Program-made: the position numbers and the translations under genes
The notes under the pieces: generated by a model
What the model was told of the DNA's origin: nothing
The model's database searches: none
Seen by the model: the letters and a program-made list of their open reading frames with translations, nothing else
Shown: one piece after another, positions 19,802 to 29,927 of the stretch
Numbering within the stretch: the stretch's first letter is position 1
How the letters are laid out: each line of letters begins with the position of its first letter
Virus record (IMG/VR): IMGVR_UViG_3300017963_000266
Location: 5,993-69,992 of that record
Length of the DNA stretch: 64,000 bases
Strand: one strand, 5' to 3'
Source of the DNA: a virus

Positions 19802-20346
19802 CAGCTTACAACCTCTGTGTCTGGATTGTCATCGTCTGAATAGCTGCCATACTGTTTCCAGAAATAGTAAGTACCAGAATCAAGCCAGGGTTTGTTATTA
19901 TTAATATCCCTAGCAATTCCCAGGTTATCTGTAGTTCCATTCCAGATAATGTTATTGCCTGCCAGGTCTGTTGTAATCCAAACCTCTACCCCTTCAATTG
20001 GGTTAGTAGTCACAGAATCTGTTACTGTATAAGTAAACTCGATTGCTCCGGGATTCCGTTGCTGAACTACATATTCAAGATTTTGTTGGATTGCCCCAGC
20101 CCCATCAACCTTGACTGCAACAGGCCCAACTGTGTCAGCTTCAGCTGCTGTTGCCAGATAAGTATACCAGCCATTTCCTATTTCTGTATCAGTTCCCCCA
20201 GCAGCCCCAAAAGCCCCACCATTCTTAGAAACTTCAATGGTTAGATTTCCATCCCCAATACCTGCAACCTCTGTGCCAGTATTATCAATCATGACAAAAG
20301 CTATTCTGTTTTGCTGATTCCTAATCCAATAATTCTGAACTGTCAT
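19801..20346 (-). CDS. Virion-associated beta-sandwich protein
   Basis: VSKNGGAF..TEIGNGWY and PIEGVEVWIT..GTTD motifs. Confidence 0.55.
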   Translation of the reverse strand: MTVQNYWIRNQQNRIAFVMIDNTGTEVAGIGDGNLTIEVSKNGGAFGAAGGTDTEIGNGWYTYLATAAEADTVGPVAVKVDGAGAIQQNLEYVVQQRNPGAIEFTYTVTDSVTTNPIEGVEVWITTDLAGNNIIWNGTTDNLGIARDINNNKPWLDSGTYYFWKQYGSYSDDDNPDTEVVS

Positions 20347-20804
20347 GTCAGCAATATAATTCCATTGGCCCCAAATTGGTGGGTATAGTTGCCCCCATTG
20401 GTTACTGTGGTTCCCAATTCAAAATAGCATATCATCAGGTCAGCTGTGGGGGCTGCAATAGTGTCATCATAGATTCCTCCATAGTCTGGTGTTGCGTCAG
20501 CTGGGGTTGTTAATAGCAAACTACTCCATGTTACATTATCTGCATCAAAGACTCCTCTATCATTAGCGTTATCTTGAGTAACATCTTGATTTGCTAGAGT
20601 CTCACCACCAGCCGTGTAATTTACTGCCCCGTCACTAACTTCGTTCCCAGAAAAATCACCCCATGCTGTATCAGTATCAATATCAGGGACAGTAGTATGC
20701 CACATAGCGTCTTTAAGAGTATCCCCACCTGAAGCAAGATTAAAGGCCCCTTCCATAACTTCTTCTTTGAAATTGTTAAAAATGAATCCGTCACCTTCAG
20801 CCAT
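20343..20804 (-). CDS. Virion structural protein
   Basis: NYTAGGETL..VFDADNVTW..GIILLT pattern of phage decoration/fibre-associated proteins. Confidence 0.55.
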   Translation of the reverse strand: MAEGDGFIFNNFKEEVMEGAFNLASGGDTLKDAMWHTTVPDIDTDTAWGDFSGNEVSDGAVNYTAGGETLANQDVTQDNANDRGVFDADNVTWSSLLLTTPADATPDYGGIYDDTIAAPTADLMICYFELGTTVTNGGNYTHQFGANGIILLT

Positions 20805-20807
20805 AAT

Positions 20808-21122
20808 TCACCGTTCCTTTTTTTCTTTTTTCTGTCTAATAATCTCTGAAATGACATCAATCTGGAATTCTAGATTACTACTAATGTAATTTGCACTCTT
20901 TGGAGTCATGTTCAGCATTGCAGGATTATCTAACAGCCTAATAATTAACCTGCCCTTTTTAATTCTTTCCTCAAGATCATTAATTGACTTTGATTTAAGA
21001 AATGTTAACTGGTCATCAGTAAAGACTCGCTTTTTGTGGGGTCTTTGGTTAGTGCTAATATAAGCTGTTGACCTTAGAGTCAATGTTTTCAAACCAACAA
21101 CCTGATCTTTAGGTTTGGTCAT
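20808..21122 (-). CDS. Hypothetical protein
   Basis: 104-aa ORF in operon. Confidence 0.55.
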   Translation of the reverse strand: MTKPKDQVVGLKTLTLRSTAYISTNQRPHKKRVFTDDQLTFLKSKSINDLEERIKKGRLIIRLLDNPAMLNMTPKSANYISSNLEFQIDVISEIIRQKKEKKER

Positions 21123-22657
21123 TGCTTATTCATCCCCTTGAACATTCCCTTAAAAAGAGCTTCCAATAGAGCCCCAGCCGTAACAACATTAATTGACTCC
21201 ATATTACCAGCTAATGTCAATTCATTCAAGGCAACAGATATAGCTCCTGGGACAACTGTCAATGATTCAACGGAACCAGCCAGAGTCAAAGTTGCTAACA
21301 GAATAAGAGTCTCAATGTCGATATTAATTGTCTCAGTACTACCAGCCAAGGTCAATTCATTTAAGGTGACTGCAACAGCCCCAGGAACAACTGTCATGGC
21401 AGGGACAGAACCAACCAAGGTTAAGGTGTTCAATAAGACTTCAACTGAAGTCAAAATGGTTACAGCAGGGGCAGAACCAGCCAGAGTCAGTTCATTTAAC
21501 GAAACTATGACAGCCCCAGGAACTATAGTTATAGTAGGAATAGAACCCGCTAAGGTCAGTTCATTTAGGGCAATAATTGCTGCCCCAGGAACTATAGTTA
21601 TAGTAGAGACACTACTAGCCAGGGTTAACTCACTTAGCAGAATCACAACAGCCCCTGGGACTATAGTTATAGCAGGGACACTACTAGCTAGGGTCAATTC
21701 GTTGAGGGTGATTGCAATGGTCCCAGGGACAACTGTCATACCTGGGACTGACCCTGCCAGGGTTAATTCGTTAAGGCTGATTGCTACTGCCCCAGCACCT
21801 ATTGTTAATGTTTCCGCTGAGCTAGTCAGAGTCAAAGTTGATAACGTGACTGTTACGTCCCCTGCCGTGACCGCCTTGCCCACCGGGAACAACCGCGCCA
21901 CCGGCTCGTATAGCTCCCAGCGGGTGTCAGGGGCGTAGAGGGAATGGACCTCGGCGGCAGATAGGGCGCGGTTGTAAAATCGATGATCTGACATCTGGCC
22001 TGAAAAATATTCTTCACCACTGTTAAATACTTCATGCTGTGCCCATCCGAGCCGCCATGGTTTACTGGTGTCTTCTGGAGCTTCACCGCTACCCGCTTGT
22101 ATTGATCCGCCGGTATCCTCTACCCCATCCCAGAATAAGCGCCATTTGTCGGTTGCGTTATACGTTACAGTCAGATGCGACCATTGATTTGCTGAAGGTG
22201 ATTGCCAGTCATAGGCGTAGGTAATAGTGCCACCATTTCCCCGGTTGTGTAATACGACAATTGTGCTGGCATTCAAGTAAATTTCTATGTCATCTGAGTT
22301 TCCCTCACCTCTGACCCAAATCGGTCTATAATTTATTACTGACTCTGGCCGTATCCAGCCGGCCAGAGTATAAGCGGATGTAAAATCCAATATCTGATTA
22401 TTAGATATTTCAACATAATCACCAGTGCCGTCTAAATCGAGCACATTACCCTGTTCAGGGTAAATGGCCCAGGTAGCATCGTCGTTCAGCGTTCCGTGAT
22501 TACGATAATCCGAAAAATCCCGCAATACTGAGCCATAGCTGCCCAGCGTCGGCCACCAGGCCACCAGCCCTCGCGCCTGCGGAGAGCCTCTGTTTAGCCT
22601 AAATTGCGTGTTGGGCGGGTGACGGAAGGGCCACCCGCCGCGGCGAATAATGCTCAT
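21119..22657 (-). CDS. LamG/ConA-like lectin domain plus ~23-aa repeat stalk
   Basis: LVAWWP..DFS..NHGTL..LDGTGDYV..RFYNRALSAAEV; repeats LNELTLAGSVPxxTVVPGA. Confidence 0.85.
   Translation of the reverse strand: MSIIRRGGWPFRHPPNTQFRLNRGSPQARGLVAWWPTLGSYGSVLRDFSDYRNHGTLNDDATWAIYPEQGNVLDLDGTGDYVEISNNQILDFTSAYTLAGWIRPESVINYRPIWVRGEGNSDDIEIYLNASTIVVLHNRGNGGTITYAYDWQSPSANQWSHLTVTYNATDKWRLFWDGVEDTGGSIQAGSGEAPEDTSKPWRLGWAQHEVFNSGEEYFSGQMSDHRFYNRALSAAEVHSLYAPDTRWELYEPVARLFPVGKAVTAGDVTVTLSTLTLTSSAETLTIGAGAVAISLNELTLAGSVPGMTVVPGTIAITLNELTLASSVPAITIVPGAVVILLSELTLASSVSTITIVPGAAIIALNELTLAGSIPTITIVPGAVIVSLNELTLAGSAPAVTILTSVEVLLNTLTLVGSVPAMTVVPGAVAVTLNELTLAGSTETINIDIETLILLATLTLAGSVESLTVVPGAISVALNELTLAGNMESINVVTAGALLEALFKGMFKGMNKQ
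21200..21850 (-). repeat. Degenerate ~69-bp tandem coding repeats
   Basis: About nine LxELTLAxS units in translation. Confidence 0.8.
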
Positions 22658-23136
22658 TGAACCTCAGTAATAATTGGTGTCACGGTCAAAATCTGATCAG
22701 TTCCGGTTGCCGTTAGTGCCTGTCCTGACTGATTACTAACAACTGGCACCCCATAACGTGCTGGCAAGAAATACAACCAGCTTTGAATCTGTGGGTCTGT
22801 ATCATTGGTGCAAACCAATGACCCAACATAATTCAATCGCTTCATATCATTTTCATCATTGTAGGCTGCATCTGATCCGCTGACTTCACCATCATAGTCA
22901 GTACCGTCCGCAGAACTTGCCCAGTACACGTCAACCACTTCGCCTGCTGTTGGGGCAGCATTGAAATCAAGTTCTAATTGAATTCGCACCAGACCGCTAT
23001 AGGTTGCCCCAAAATCATGTTCATCCCCAGCCCGTCCATTACCATCAGCCAGACTGGTCAGAGTCAATGTTTCATCACCGCCAGCACTGGTCCATGTAAC
23101 AGTGGTGCCTTGTTTGTAAAGAATTTCATTAGCCAT
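22654..23136 (-). CDS. Hypothetical virion protein
   Basis: 160-aa beta-rich ORF with ATGA overlap. Confidence 0.6.
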   Translation of the reverse strand: MANEILYKQGTTVTWTSAGGDETLTLTSLADGNGRAGDEHDFGATYSGLVRIQLELDFNAAPTAGEVVDVYWASSADGTDYDGEVSGSDAAYNDENDMKRLNYVGSLVCTNDTDPQIQSWLYFLPARYGVPVVSNQSGQALTATGTDQILTVTPIITEVQ

Positions 23137-23489
23137 TATGGAACATCCCTATTAAATCCCCAATAAGCCAAAAGGTTTGCATAATAATTTTGTACTTGAC
23201 TGACTCGGCTGCTATATAGAATGTCAATTGCATCTCGATTCTGAGCCAGTGATAACCCCGGATTAGTATTAAACTTTTCTGAATGTTCTACCAATTCACC
23301 ATTATCAAGTTGCGTCTGCTCCCCAGCGTCAATGAATGGAACACTACTGGTTGTGTCCCCCAGCATTTGAACCAAAGCGACTCGATAGTTTACTCCAACA
23401 GCATTGGCTTGATCCGGTATTGGAATATGCATTACTACCGTGTAAGAATTTCCGTACCTGTCACCGGATAAAATGTGATAATCACTCAT
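23136..23489 (-). CDS. Hypothetical protein
   Basis: 117-aa ORF with TAATG overlap. Confidence 0.6.
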   Translation of the reverse strand: MSDYHILSGDRYGNSYTVVMHIPIPDQANAVGVNYRVALVQMLGDTTSSVPFIDAGEQTQLDNGELVEHSEKFNTNPGLSLAQNRDAIDILYSSRVSQVQNYYANLLAYWGFNRDVP

Positions 23490-23499
23490 TGTTTCATCC

Positions 23500-23823
23500 T
23501 TACAGTCGTGCTAATACCACCCCATCAATTACAATTGCCCCAGCTGATACAGCAAGGGGCAAACAAACCAGGACTGCTGTTGTAGGGAAAAAGTAATAAA
23601 GAATGACCAAGCCCAGGGACAACCAGACCGAATTACACCATAAGCATTTCAGGACAGCTGCAAATTCATTGCTGGCATAAGAGTCACCAGTCTGGGCCTG
23701 ATATTGGACCCCAGCCCACAACCGGAATCTAAGAAAGACCTTGTAGGGCCCATCCTCGTGGGTTACCAGACTGGATATGCGCCAGACAGCTAAGATCAGA
23801 ACCAGGAAAGGCACAAGATTCAT
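23500..23823 (-). CDS. DUF1360-like membrane protein
   Basis: WRISSLVTHEDGP and CLWCNSVW motifs with TM helices; likely start MNLVPF (ATGA overlap). Confidence 0.7.
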   Translation of the reverse strand: MNLVPFLVLILAVWRISSLVTHEDGPYKVFLRFRLWAGVQYQAQTGDSYASNEFAAVLKCLWCNSVWLSLGLVILYYFFPTTAVLVCLPLAVSAGAIVIDGVVLARL

Positions 23824-26800
23824 TCTGTCTGCGCCCCCTGTTCCTGGGCCCATTCAAGAATTGTTTGGGCTTTTGTCTGGCCAATGCCTTTAACTGTCAC
23901 TAAGCCAGCAATGCCCAGTTGGTATATATCCTGGGTTGTCTTAACGCCCTTTTCTTCAAGCTGGGCAACAATTTCTGGGGTTACCCCAGGCAATTGGGTC
24001 AAGTCAATTTCTGCCTGTTCTGGTGGGGCAAATCTTTCCTGGGTCTGAGCCATAATTCTTTCTTTTAGGGCTGCTATGTCCCCGCTGAGTAGGGTCTGGC
24101 TCTTCGGTTCTGGCCTGGGTGGGGGCTTAACTACAGTTTCAACAGCCCGATTTTCCCTAACTAGCTTATATCGGCTGTCAACCTGTGTGCCTTGCCTGGT
24201 TTCCATAAAAACATCATCTTTATGCATATAGAAAATGTCACCACATTTCCTTGACCCATAAAATCTCTTCTGGTTCGTTCTGGGGTCAACAGTCTTGCCG
24301 TATACAGGATGACTGGCAGAATTGATCCTGCCCATGGGGTCCCTAAGATACTCAATCAGTACAAAGTCATCAACCTGCTGTGTTGTTGCTGTTTGAGCAT
24401 TCACTTGTTCAACATTTTGGGGAACTGATACGCGCCTATTACCCCCACAACCACTGCAACCCATATTTTCACCATCACCTTTCTGTATGATATATTTTAT
24501 CAAATTCTCATGTTGTTGTAAACCAATGTTTACTCTGTTCCCAGTGTAAGAACGGACAGTCACCAGGGGCTGTGCTATTCTGGTATAACAATGACCAGCC
24601 TTGACCATGCGCCAGGCATAGTCACCATCTTCCCAACTGGACATCTTTTCATCATAACCCCCTATAGCCTGGTGCCAGGCTGTTGGCACCAGACAGGTCA
24701 CCAAACACCACAAATAGGGCACCTTGCCCAGTTCTGGTTGTTTAATGGCCCTTTCGCAATCAAAGTCATATGCTGCAAATTCTGCTATAGCAACCTTTTT
24801 CTTTGGGTCATAATTCCTGATCTTTCTTACCTTTTTTTCTTTTTCAACCGTTGTCCTTTCTACACCAGTTATAATCTTGGTGTAATCAGTGTAGATTATG
24901 CCCTGGGTATCATTCCATGCCCTAAGCATTTCTGACATACAATCTGGTTCCAAGTAGTCATCAGCATCAAGAAACAGCAGGAAAGGTGCCCTGGCACCAG
25001 CAGCCCCAATATTTCTGGCCTTGCCAGGGCCCTGGTTGCCTCTTTCTGTCTGGTGCCACTTAACGTAGGAATATGCTTTGCAGTATCTTTCTTTTAACTT
25101 TTTCTTTGGGGTGTCATCAATTACAATAGCTTCCCATTTTCTATAGGTCTGGGCTTCCAGGCTGTCAAGGGCATCAACCAAGTACTTTTCATGACCTGGG
25201 CCCACTGGGATAATTACTGAAATTACTGGTTCATCATATTGCCTAACTGGGTGACTTAGGTTATTGGCTGGGGGAACTACTGACATAAATGGATGCTGCT
25301 GATCTTTTGTGAATGGATGCCATTGAGTCCAGTCAATCCGCTTTTTGTCTTTTCTACCAGACCAACCTGACAGCCAGGAATAATTGAATAATGGTTCTGG
25401 GGTAATTTCTTCTGCCCTAAAGCCATAAGCCATCTGCCTAAGCCAGAATTCACCATCTTCATACCCTGCCCCATCAGGGGCATATCTTTGCCGATACCCC
25501 CCTAACCTTTCCCAGGCCTTGTAGCGAAAGACACAGCATGTAGGGACCTGGTTCCGTCGATTCATCTGTTTGCTGGCATCAGCTTGACCGGGCCATCTGC
25601 CCACCTTTTGGGTCCCATCTGGTTCATGAGTCATCATACCAGTATAGGCAATCCCCAGGCCTGGGTTATTCCTAAGGGCTGTTACACAGATTCTTAAGTA
25701 GTCCTTTTCCAGCCAGTCATCAGCATCAAGACAGCAGATCAAGTCATTGCCTGCCCTGGCTATACCATTATTTCTGGCATTGGCGACTCCCTGATTTTTC
25801 TGTCTCATTACAATGACCTGGGGATTGATGCCGGTATAACCAGTCAAGTCCCTTTCTAGCTGATCAAGATATTTCTTAGTATCAGGATTTGTTGAACCAT
25901 CATCAACAATAACCAACCTGTCTGGGGGCAAAGTCTGGTCAATTACAGAATAGATTGCCCTTTGAATATCTTTGGGGTCTTTGTTGTAGACAGGAATGAT
26001 AACCCCTACTGTATGGGTTTCTGATCTATTGGCTTTTCCAAAGACCTTGGCTAATTTTTCAACAGCTGAGTCCCATGTCCACAGGGCTGCTAATTCTCTG
26101 CCGGCAGCCCCCCACTCCTGTTGATTCTTCAAGCAAAGGTGCAACCCTCCTACCAGGTCATCAAAATCCCCTGGTCTGGCCAGATAACCATTGACCCCAT
26201 GCTGAATCAGGTCAAGGTTGCCACCCTGAGCCCAACCCAGAACTGGTACTTGACTGGCCATGGCTTCAAGGACCCCTACTCCAAAAGTTTCTTTAGTGGT
26301 AGACAGGTATACCCCAGCCCCCTGAACCAGGGGTTTCATTTCCCCAAAGGGCAGCCTGCCTGTTACCTTGACATTAGGTGGGGGATTATTGGCAAACGTA
26401 GAAAGAAAAAGATGCCTGGGGAATCTTTCTGCCAGGTCAACAACTATACTGGAATCACAGACATCCTTTTTATCCCTGTTCTTGTTCCATAGGATATACT
26501 TACCCTGAGGCGATTGGGGAGTCCAGTCATCAATGTCTATCCCATGGGGGACAATATGGGGACTGACTCTGACATCCCTTTGAATTGATTCTGCAACCCA
26601 GGCTGATGGGACTGTAATCTCTTTAGCTGTCCTGATGCTTTCAACAATCCTGGCATTGGTGCGGAACTCATTCCTGCTGGCTGGGTAATCAGCTGTCCAG
26701 TATAGGCCATGTAGAATGGCCACATCAGCCCGAACAGGACTTGCCCCAGCATGAACAGCCGTGATGTCATATCCCTGGTCTTGCCCTACAAATTCAATAC

Positions 26801-26903
26801 CATACTTTTTGGCATATTTGTGATAATGTAACAAGACCTGGTTGACCCCACTATTAAGGCTGTTCTTTTGAGATTCCAAGGTAGGTAGCATCAAGACGCG
26901 CAT
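23820..26903 (-). CDS. Multidomain glycosyltransferase GT4-GT2-GT2 with C-terminal CxxC region and HhH
   Basis: ETFGVGVLEAMAS (GT4); IIPVYN..VDDGS..LDADD and IIPVG..IDD..LDADD (two GT2); MGCSGCGG; LPGV and VKGIG HhH hairpins. Confidence 0.9.
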   Translation of the reverse strand: MRVLMLPTLESQKNSLNSGVNQVLLHYHKYAKKYGIEFVGQDQGYDITAVHAGASPVRADVAILHGLYWTADYPASRNEFRTNARIVESIRTAKEITVPSAWVAESIQRDVRVSPHIVPHGIDIDDWTPQSPQGKYILWNKNRDKKDVCDSSIVVDLAERFPRHLFLSTFANNPPPNVKVTGRLPFGEMKPLVQGAGVYLSTTKETFGVGVLEAMASQVPVLGWAQGGNLDLIQHGVNGYLARPGDFDDLVGGLHLCLKNQQEWGAAGRELAALWTWDSAVEKLAKVFGKANRSETHTVGVIIPVYNKDPKDIQRAIYSVIDQTLPPDRLVIVDDGSTNPDTKKYLDQLERDLTGYTGINPQVIVMRQKNQGVANARNNGIARAGNDLICCLDADDWLEKDYLRICVTALRNNPGLGIAYTGMMTHEPDGTQKVGRWPGQADASKQMNRRNQVPTCCVFRYKAWERLGGYRQRYAPDGAGYEDGEFWLRQMAYGFRAEEITPEPLFNYSWLSGWSGRKDKKRIDWTQWHPFTKDQQHPFMSVVPPANNLSHPVRQYDEPVISVIIPVGPGHEKYLVDALDSLEAQTYRKWEAIVIDDTPKKKLKERYCKAYSYVKWHQTERGNQGPGKARNIGAAGARAPFLLFLDADDYLEPDCMSEMLRAWNDTQGIIYTDYTKIITGVERTTVEKEKKVRKIRNYDPKKKVAIAEFAAYDFDCERAIKQPELGKVPYLWCLVTCLVPTAWHQAIGGYDEKMSSWEDGDYAWRMVKAGHCYTRIAQPLVTVRSYTGNRVNIGLQQHENLIKYIIQKGDGENMGCSGCGGNRRVSVPQNVEQVNAQTATTQQVDDFVLIEYLRDPMGRINSASHPVYGKTVDPRTNQKRFYGSRKCGDIFYMHKDDVFMETRQGTQVDSRYKLVRENRAVETVVKPPPRPEPKSQTLLSGDIAALKERIMAQTQERFAPPEQAEIDLTQLPGVTPEIVAQLEEKGVKTTQDIYQLGIAGLVTVKGIGQTKAQTILEWAQEQGAQTE

Positions 26904-26908
26904 GGGTA

Positions 26909-27373
26909 TTATTCCTCTGTTATAAATTTTCCATCTTTGTCATACCAGCTGGTTGCATGGTCTGTCCCAGCATATTCTACCAGCTTTGAGTCCATCTTTT
27001 TTGCAACCAAAAGACAGCTATCAATTTCATCTGCTGACTCTGGGTGGGTCTTTCTAAGGTCCCTTAACATCTGACAAATGGTTCTATTAGGGCTGTGGGC
27101 TGTGAGAACAGATTCTAGCTTGCCACTGGCAATGGCCCTGTCTAATTCTGTGTCCAACTGAGCAAACCCGCACTTCTGACATATCTTGCCTGAGGCAATA
27201 GACACAAGAACATGTTCTGAGCCATAACCTTTTACAAATTCACCACCAGGATTGACCACAACCTTCTTGGTATATGGTTGCCATATATGCTGGCAACCCT
27301 GGGTTTCCTGCTTTGCTTCAAGCTGGCTTAGTAATTCAAAGGTATGACCTGCAATCTTAATCTTTTTCATCAT
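26909..27373 (-). CDS. Hypothetical protein (Zn-ribbon-like)
   Basis: CQHIW..CQKCG. Confidence 0.55.
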   Translation of the reverse strand: MMKKIKIAGHTFELLSQLEAKQETQGCQHIWQPYTKKVVVNPGGEFVKGYGSEHVLVSIASGKICQKCGFAQLDTELDRAIASGKLESVLTAHSPNRTICQMLRDLRKTHPESADEIDSCLLVAKKMDSKLVEYAGTDHATSWYDKDGKFITEE

Positions 27374-27431
27374 TTATACCCTATTTCTATATGTTCCTTA
27401 TTTTTCCTTGCAACTAAAAAGGCCCTTGGCA

Positions 27432-28412
27432 TCAGCCAAGGGCCTGTTCAATCAGATCACAGACTTTGTGTATATCCACCTGTCTAAGGTGGGGGGCAAT
27501 GGGTAGACTAAGAATTGTCTTTGACAGCCAATCTACTTCAGGCAAGTGGTACTGGTACCCCAAAGCCCTATGTGGTGGGATAGGATAGTGAACCATAGTT
27601 TCAATACCTTGACCCACTAACCAGCGTTTTAACGAGTCCCTGGTATATTCACTTTTTAGGATAATAGTATACTGGTGCCAGACTGAGTCTGGGCCCCCTG
27701 TTGGCAATTCTATCCCTGCAACGTTTTGTAATCGGTCTGTGTATAGCTGGGCAAACTCTTTTCTTTGCTGGTTCCAGCTGTTCAAATAGGGCAACTTGAC
27801 TCGCAGAAAGGCTGCCTGTAAAGGGTCCATCCTGCTGTTAATTGCCCCGTTGGTGCCATGGTTCCTTAGTGCTACCAGATGGGCAGCCAATTCGGTATCA
27901 TCTGTGGTAATTGCCCCAGCGTCACCATATGCCCCCAGATTCTTTGTTGGGTAGAATGACCAAGCACATGTACCCTTAACCTTCAGGCCATGGCATTGCG
28001 CGCAATCTTGCAGGATATAATCTTTTTCCTGGTCAAGGTTCCGCATGACTGGTGCCCTGTGCCCATATAAATGAACCACTATTTCTGGTATGTTATCAAG
28101 GGCAGACAATTCTGTTGGTATAGGCATTGCCCCTACTGCCTCAACTGCTGACCAGGTTGACGACGCTGTCCAGCCTGGCACCTTAATTGCTGAATGGGAT
28201 ATGCCCCAGGCCCTTAGAACCAGCTGCAAAGCATCAAGACCAGACCCGCAACTGATGCAATATTTTGCCTCGTTGTAGTCAGCCCATTCTTTTTCAAAGG
28301 CAACAACTTCATTGCCCCGCACATAGGTGCCAGATGACATAACCCTATCATAAGCAGAATCAAGCCTTTTTCTTAGTTGTGGTTGTGGTGTTAGGTCATT
28401 AAATTTAAGCAT
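27432..28412 (-). CDS. DegT/DnrJ/EryC1/StrS sugar aminotransferase (WbpE/WlbC-like)
   Basis: VHLYG, DCAQ, SFYPTKNLGAYGDAG (PLP Lys), NSRMDPLQAAFL; start moved to MLKFNDL. Confidence 0.95.
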   Translation of the reverse strand: MLKFNDLTPQPQLRKRLDSAYDRVMSSGTYVRGNEVVAFEKEWADYNEAKYCISCGSGLDALQLVLRAWGISHSAIKVPGWTASSTWSAVEAVGAMPIPTELSALDNIPEIVVHLYGHRAPVMRNLDQEKDYILQDCAQCHGLKVKGTCAWSFYPTKNLGAYGDAGAITTDDTELAAHLVALRNHGTNGAINSRMDPLQAAFLRVKLPYLNSWNQQRKEFAQLYTDRLQNVAGIELPTGGPDSVWHQYTIILKSEYTRDSLKRWLVGQGIETMVHYPIPPHRALGYQYHLPEVDWLSKTILSLPIAPHLRQVDIHKVCDLIEQALG

Positions 28413-28893
28413 TGAAAAAGTCCAGTACATCAAAATAAGATGTTTTAATTGTTCTGGCAGGGTTGCCGGCAACCGCTGTTCTACTGGGCACATCTTTCAA
28501 GACTACAGCCCCCATTCCAACTATTGACCCTGCTCCAATAACCAGCCCTGGTCCTATCCTTGCCCCCATTCCGATTACTGCCCCTTTTTGTATTCTGGTA
28601 CCGCCCCGAAAGGCCCCACCAGTCTGAGGATATAGATCATTTGCAATATATACCCCAGGACCTAACCAGACATTTTCTGAAAGGATGGTGCCAGCCGGAA
28701 TGAAACAACCCCCATGGATTCTGACCCCATCCTTAATAATGACCTTGTCCTCTATCATGCAATTCTGCCCAATGTGGACATTATTGCCAATAACGGTATT
28801 CTCTCGAACCGTGGTTCTATGCCAGATGACAACATTTTCCCCGTATTGCACAGATGAATGTATTAGGGTCCATTCCCCAGCTGTTAGAGTCAT
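28405..28893 (-). CDS. Hexapeptide-repeat N-acetyltransferase (WbpD/WlbB-like)
   Basis: Left-handed beta-helix hexapeptides; GPGV..NDLYP; GAVVLKDVP..GNPAR. Confidence 0.92.
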   Translation of the reverse strand: MTLTAGEWTLIHSSVQYGENVVIWHRTTVRENTVIGNNVHIGQNCMIEDKVIIKDGVRIHGGCFIPAGTILSENVWLGPGVYIANDLYPQTGGAFRGGTRIQKGAVIGMGARIGPGLVIGAGSIVGMGAVVLKDVPSRTAVAGNPARTIKTSYFDVLDFFNA

Positions 28894-29927
28894 CCTTTAC
28901 CCAGTCTTGAGTGTTTGTAATGTGATTGCCCCAGAATAACCCTGCTTTCCATTTTGCTGGAATGGTATATTGCATGGCATATTTCAAGGGCTTTAGCAGC
29001 TTGCCAGATAGGGACTGGTGGGGGCTGTGCCAGATCAATGTCATCATACATGGCCTGGTGCCCATATCCATAAACGTCTGGGGGGTTTTCTTTCTTATCC
29101 CCCCAGTTCTGATCCGGTTCCCAAAAGTCAATTTGGTTACAGGCAAAGCCCCCTATTTTGACTGTCCCATTTTCACCTATTAGGGTAATTGCCCCTTCAA
29201 GGTCCCTGGTCGCCAGGGTTGTTGCCTGCAATGTCCCTATGCAACCAGAATCAAATCCTAAGGTTGCAACGATTCCTGTTTCAACTTCAGTATAATTAGA
29301 ATAGGTAGCAGTTGCTGACACTGTCCTGATGTCCCCCAACAACCACCACAATAGGTCAATGTGATGAATGGCCTGGTTTGCCAGGACCCCACCAGCATCA
29401 AGCCACTGGCCATGCCAATCAGCATAGTATGCTGGGGTCCTTGACCATAAAACACTACAATGGACCAACCTGATCTTGCCTAACTTGTATATGTTGTCCC
29501 TGATTGTCTGGACTGCCACGTTATAACGGTTTTGTTTAACTTCACAAATCCAAGAGCCATATACTTTGGCATTATGTTCCAAGATGCCTATTTCACGTAG
29601 GCTTAGCACCAGGGGCTTTTCAACCAGCATAGGGATTCCCAATGGCATCAAATTATTAATGCTATAGAAATGGTTGCCGGTTGCTATTCCCAGGGTGATA
29701 AGATCACCCTTGCATTTCTGAGCAAAGTCACTAATCTTGGGCCTGTCTTGTCTTTTGGTTGTATCAGCAACCAGATGGGGCACATCAAATCTTGATCCAT
29801 AGTCACGAGCCCTGGGCCCATAGTAATCAACAACCCCCACCAGTTTGGCCTTTTCGCTTTGGCCAGATAAAATCTGGCAGTGTCTTTTTCCTATCCTGCC
29901 ACAACCAACTAAAAGAACATTAATCAT
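28890..29927 (-). CDS. Gfo/Idh/MocA NAD-dependent sugar oxidoreductase (WbpB/WlbA-like)
   Basis: GCGRIG Rossmann motif, EKP, VKQNRYN, GGVLANQAIHHIDL, VYGYGH. Confidence 0.9.
   Translation of the reverse strand: MINVLLVGCGRIGKRHCQILSGQSEKAKLVGVVDYYGPRARDYGSRFDVPHLVADTTKRQDRPKISDFAQKCKGDLITLGIATGNHFYSINNLMPLGIPMLVEKPLVLSLREIGILEHNAKVYGSWICEVKQNRYNVAVQTIRDNIYKLGKIRLVHCSVLWSRTPAYYADWHGQWLDAGGVLANQAIHHIDLLWWLLGDIRTVSATATYSNYTEVETGIVATLGFDSGCIGTLQATTLATRDLEGAITLIGENGTVKIGGFACNQIDFWEPDQNWGDKKENPPDVYGYGHQAMYDDIDLAQPPPVPIWQAAKALEICHAIYHSSKMESRVILGQSHYKHSRLGKG

Noticed and set aside
21200-21850. Possible second CRISPR or DGR template/variable repeats
   Set aside because: In-frame degenerate coding repeats; no reverse transcriptase recognised in the window
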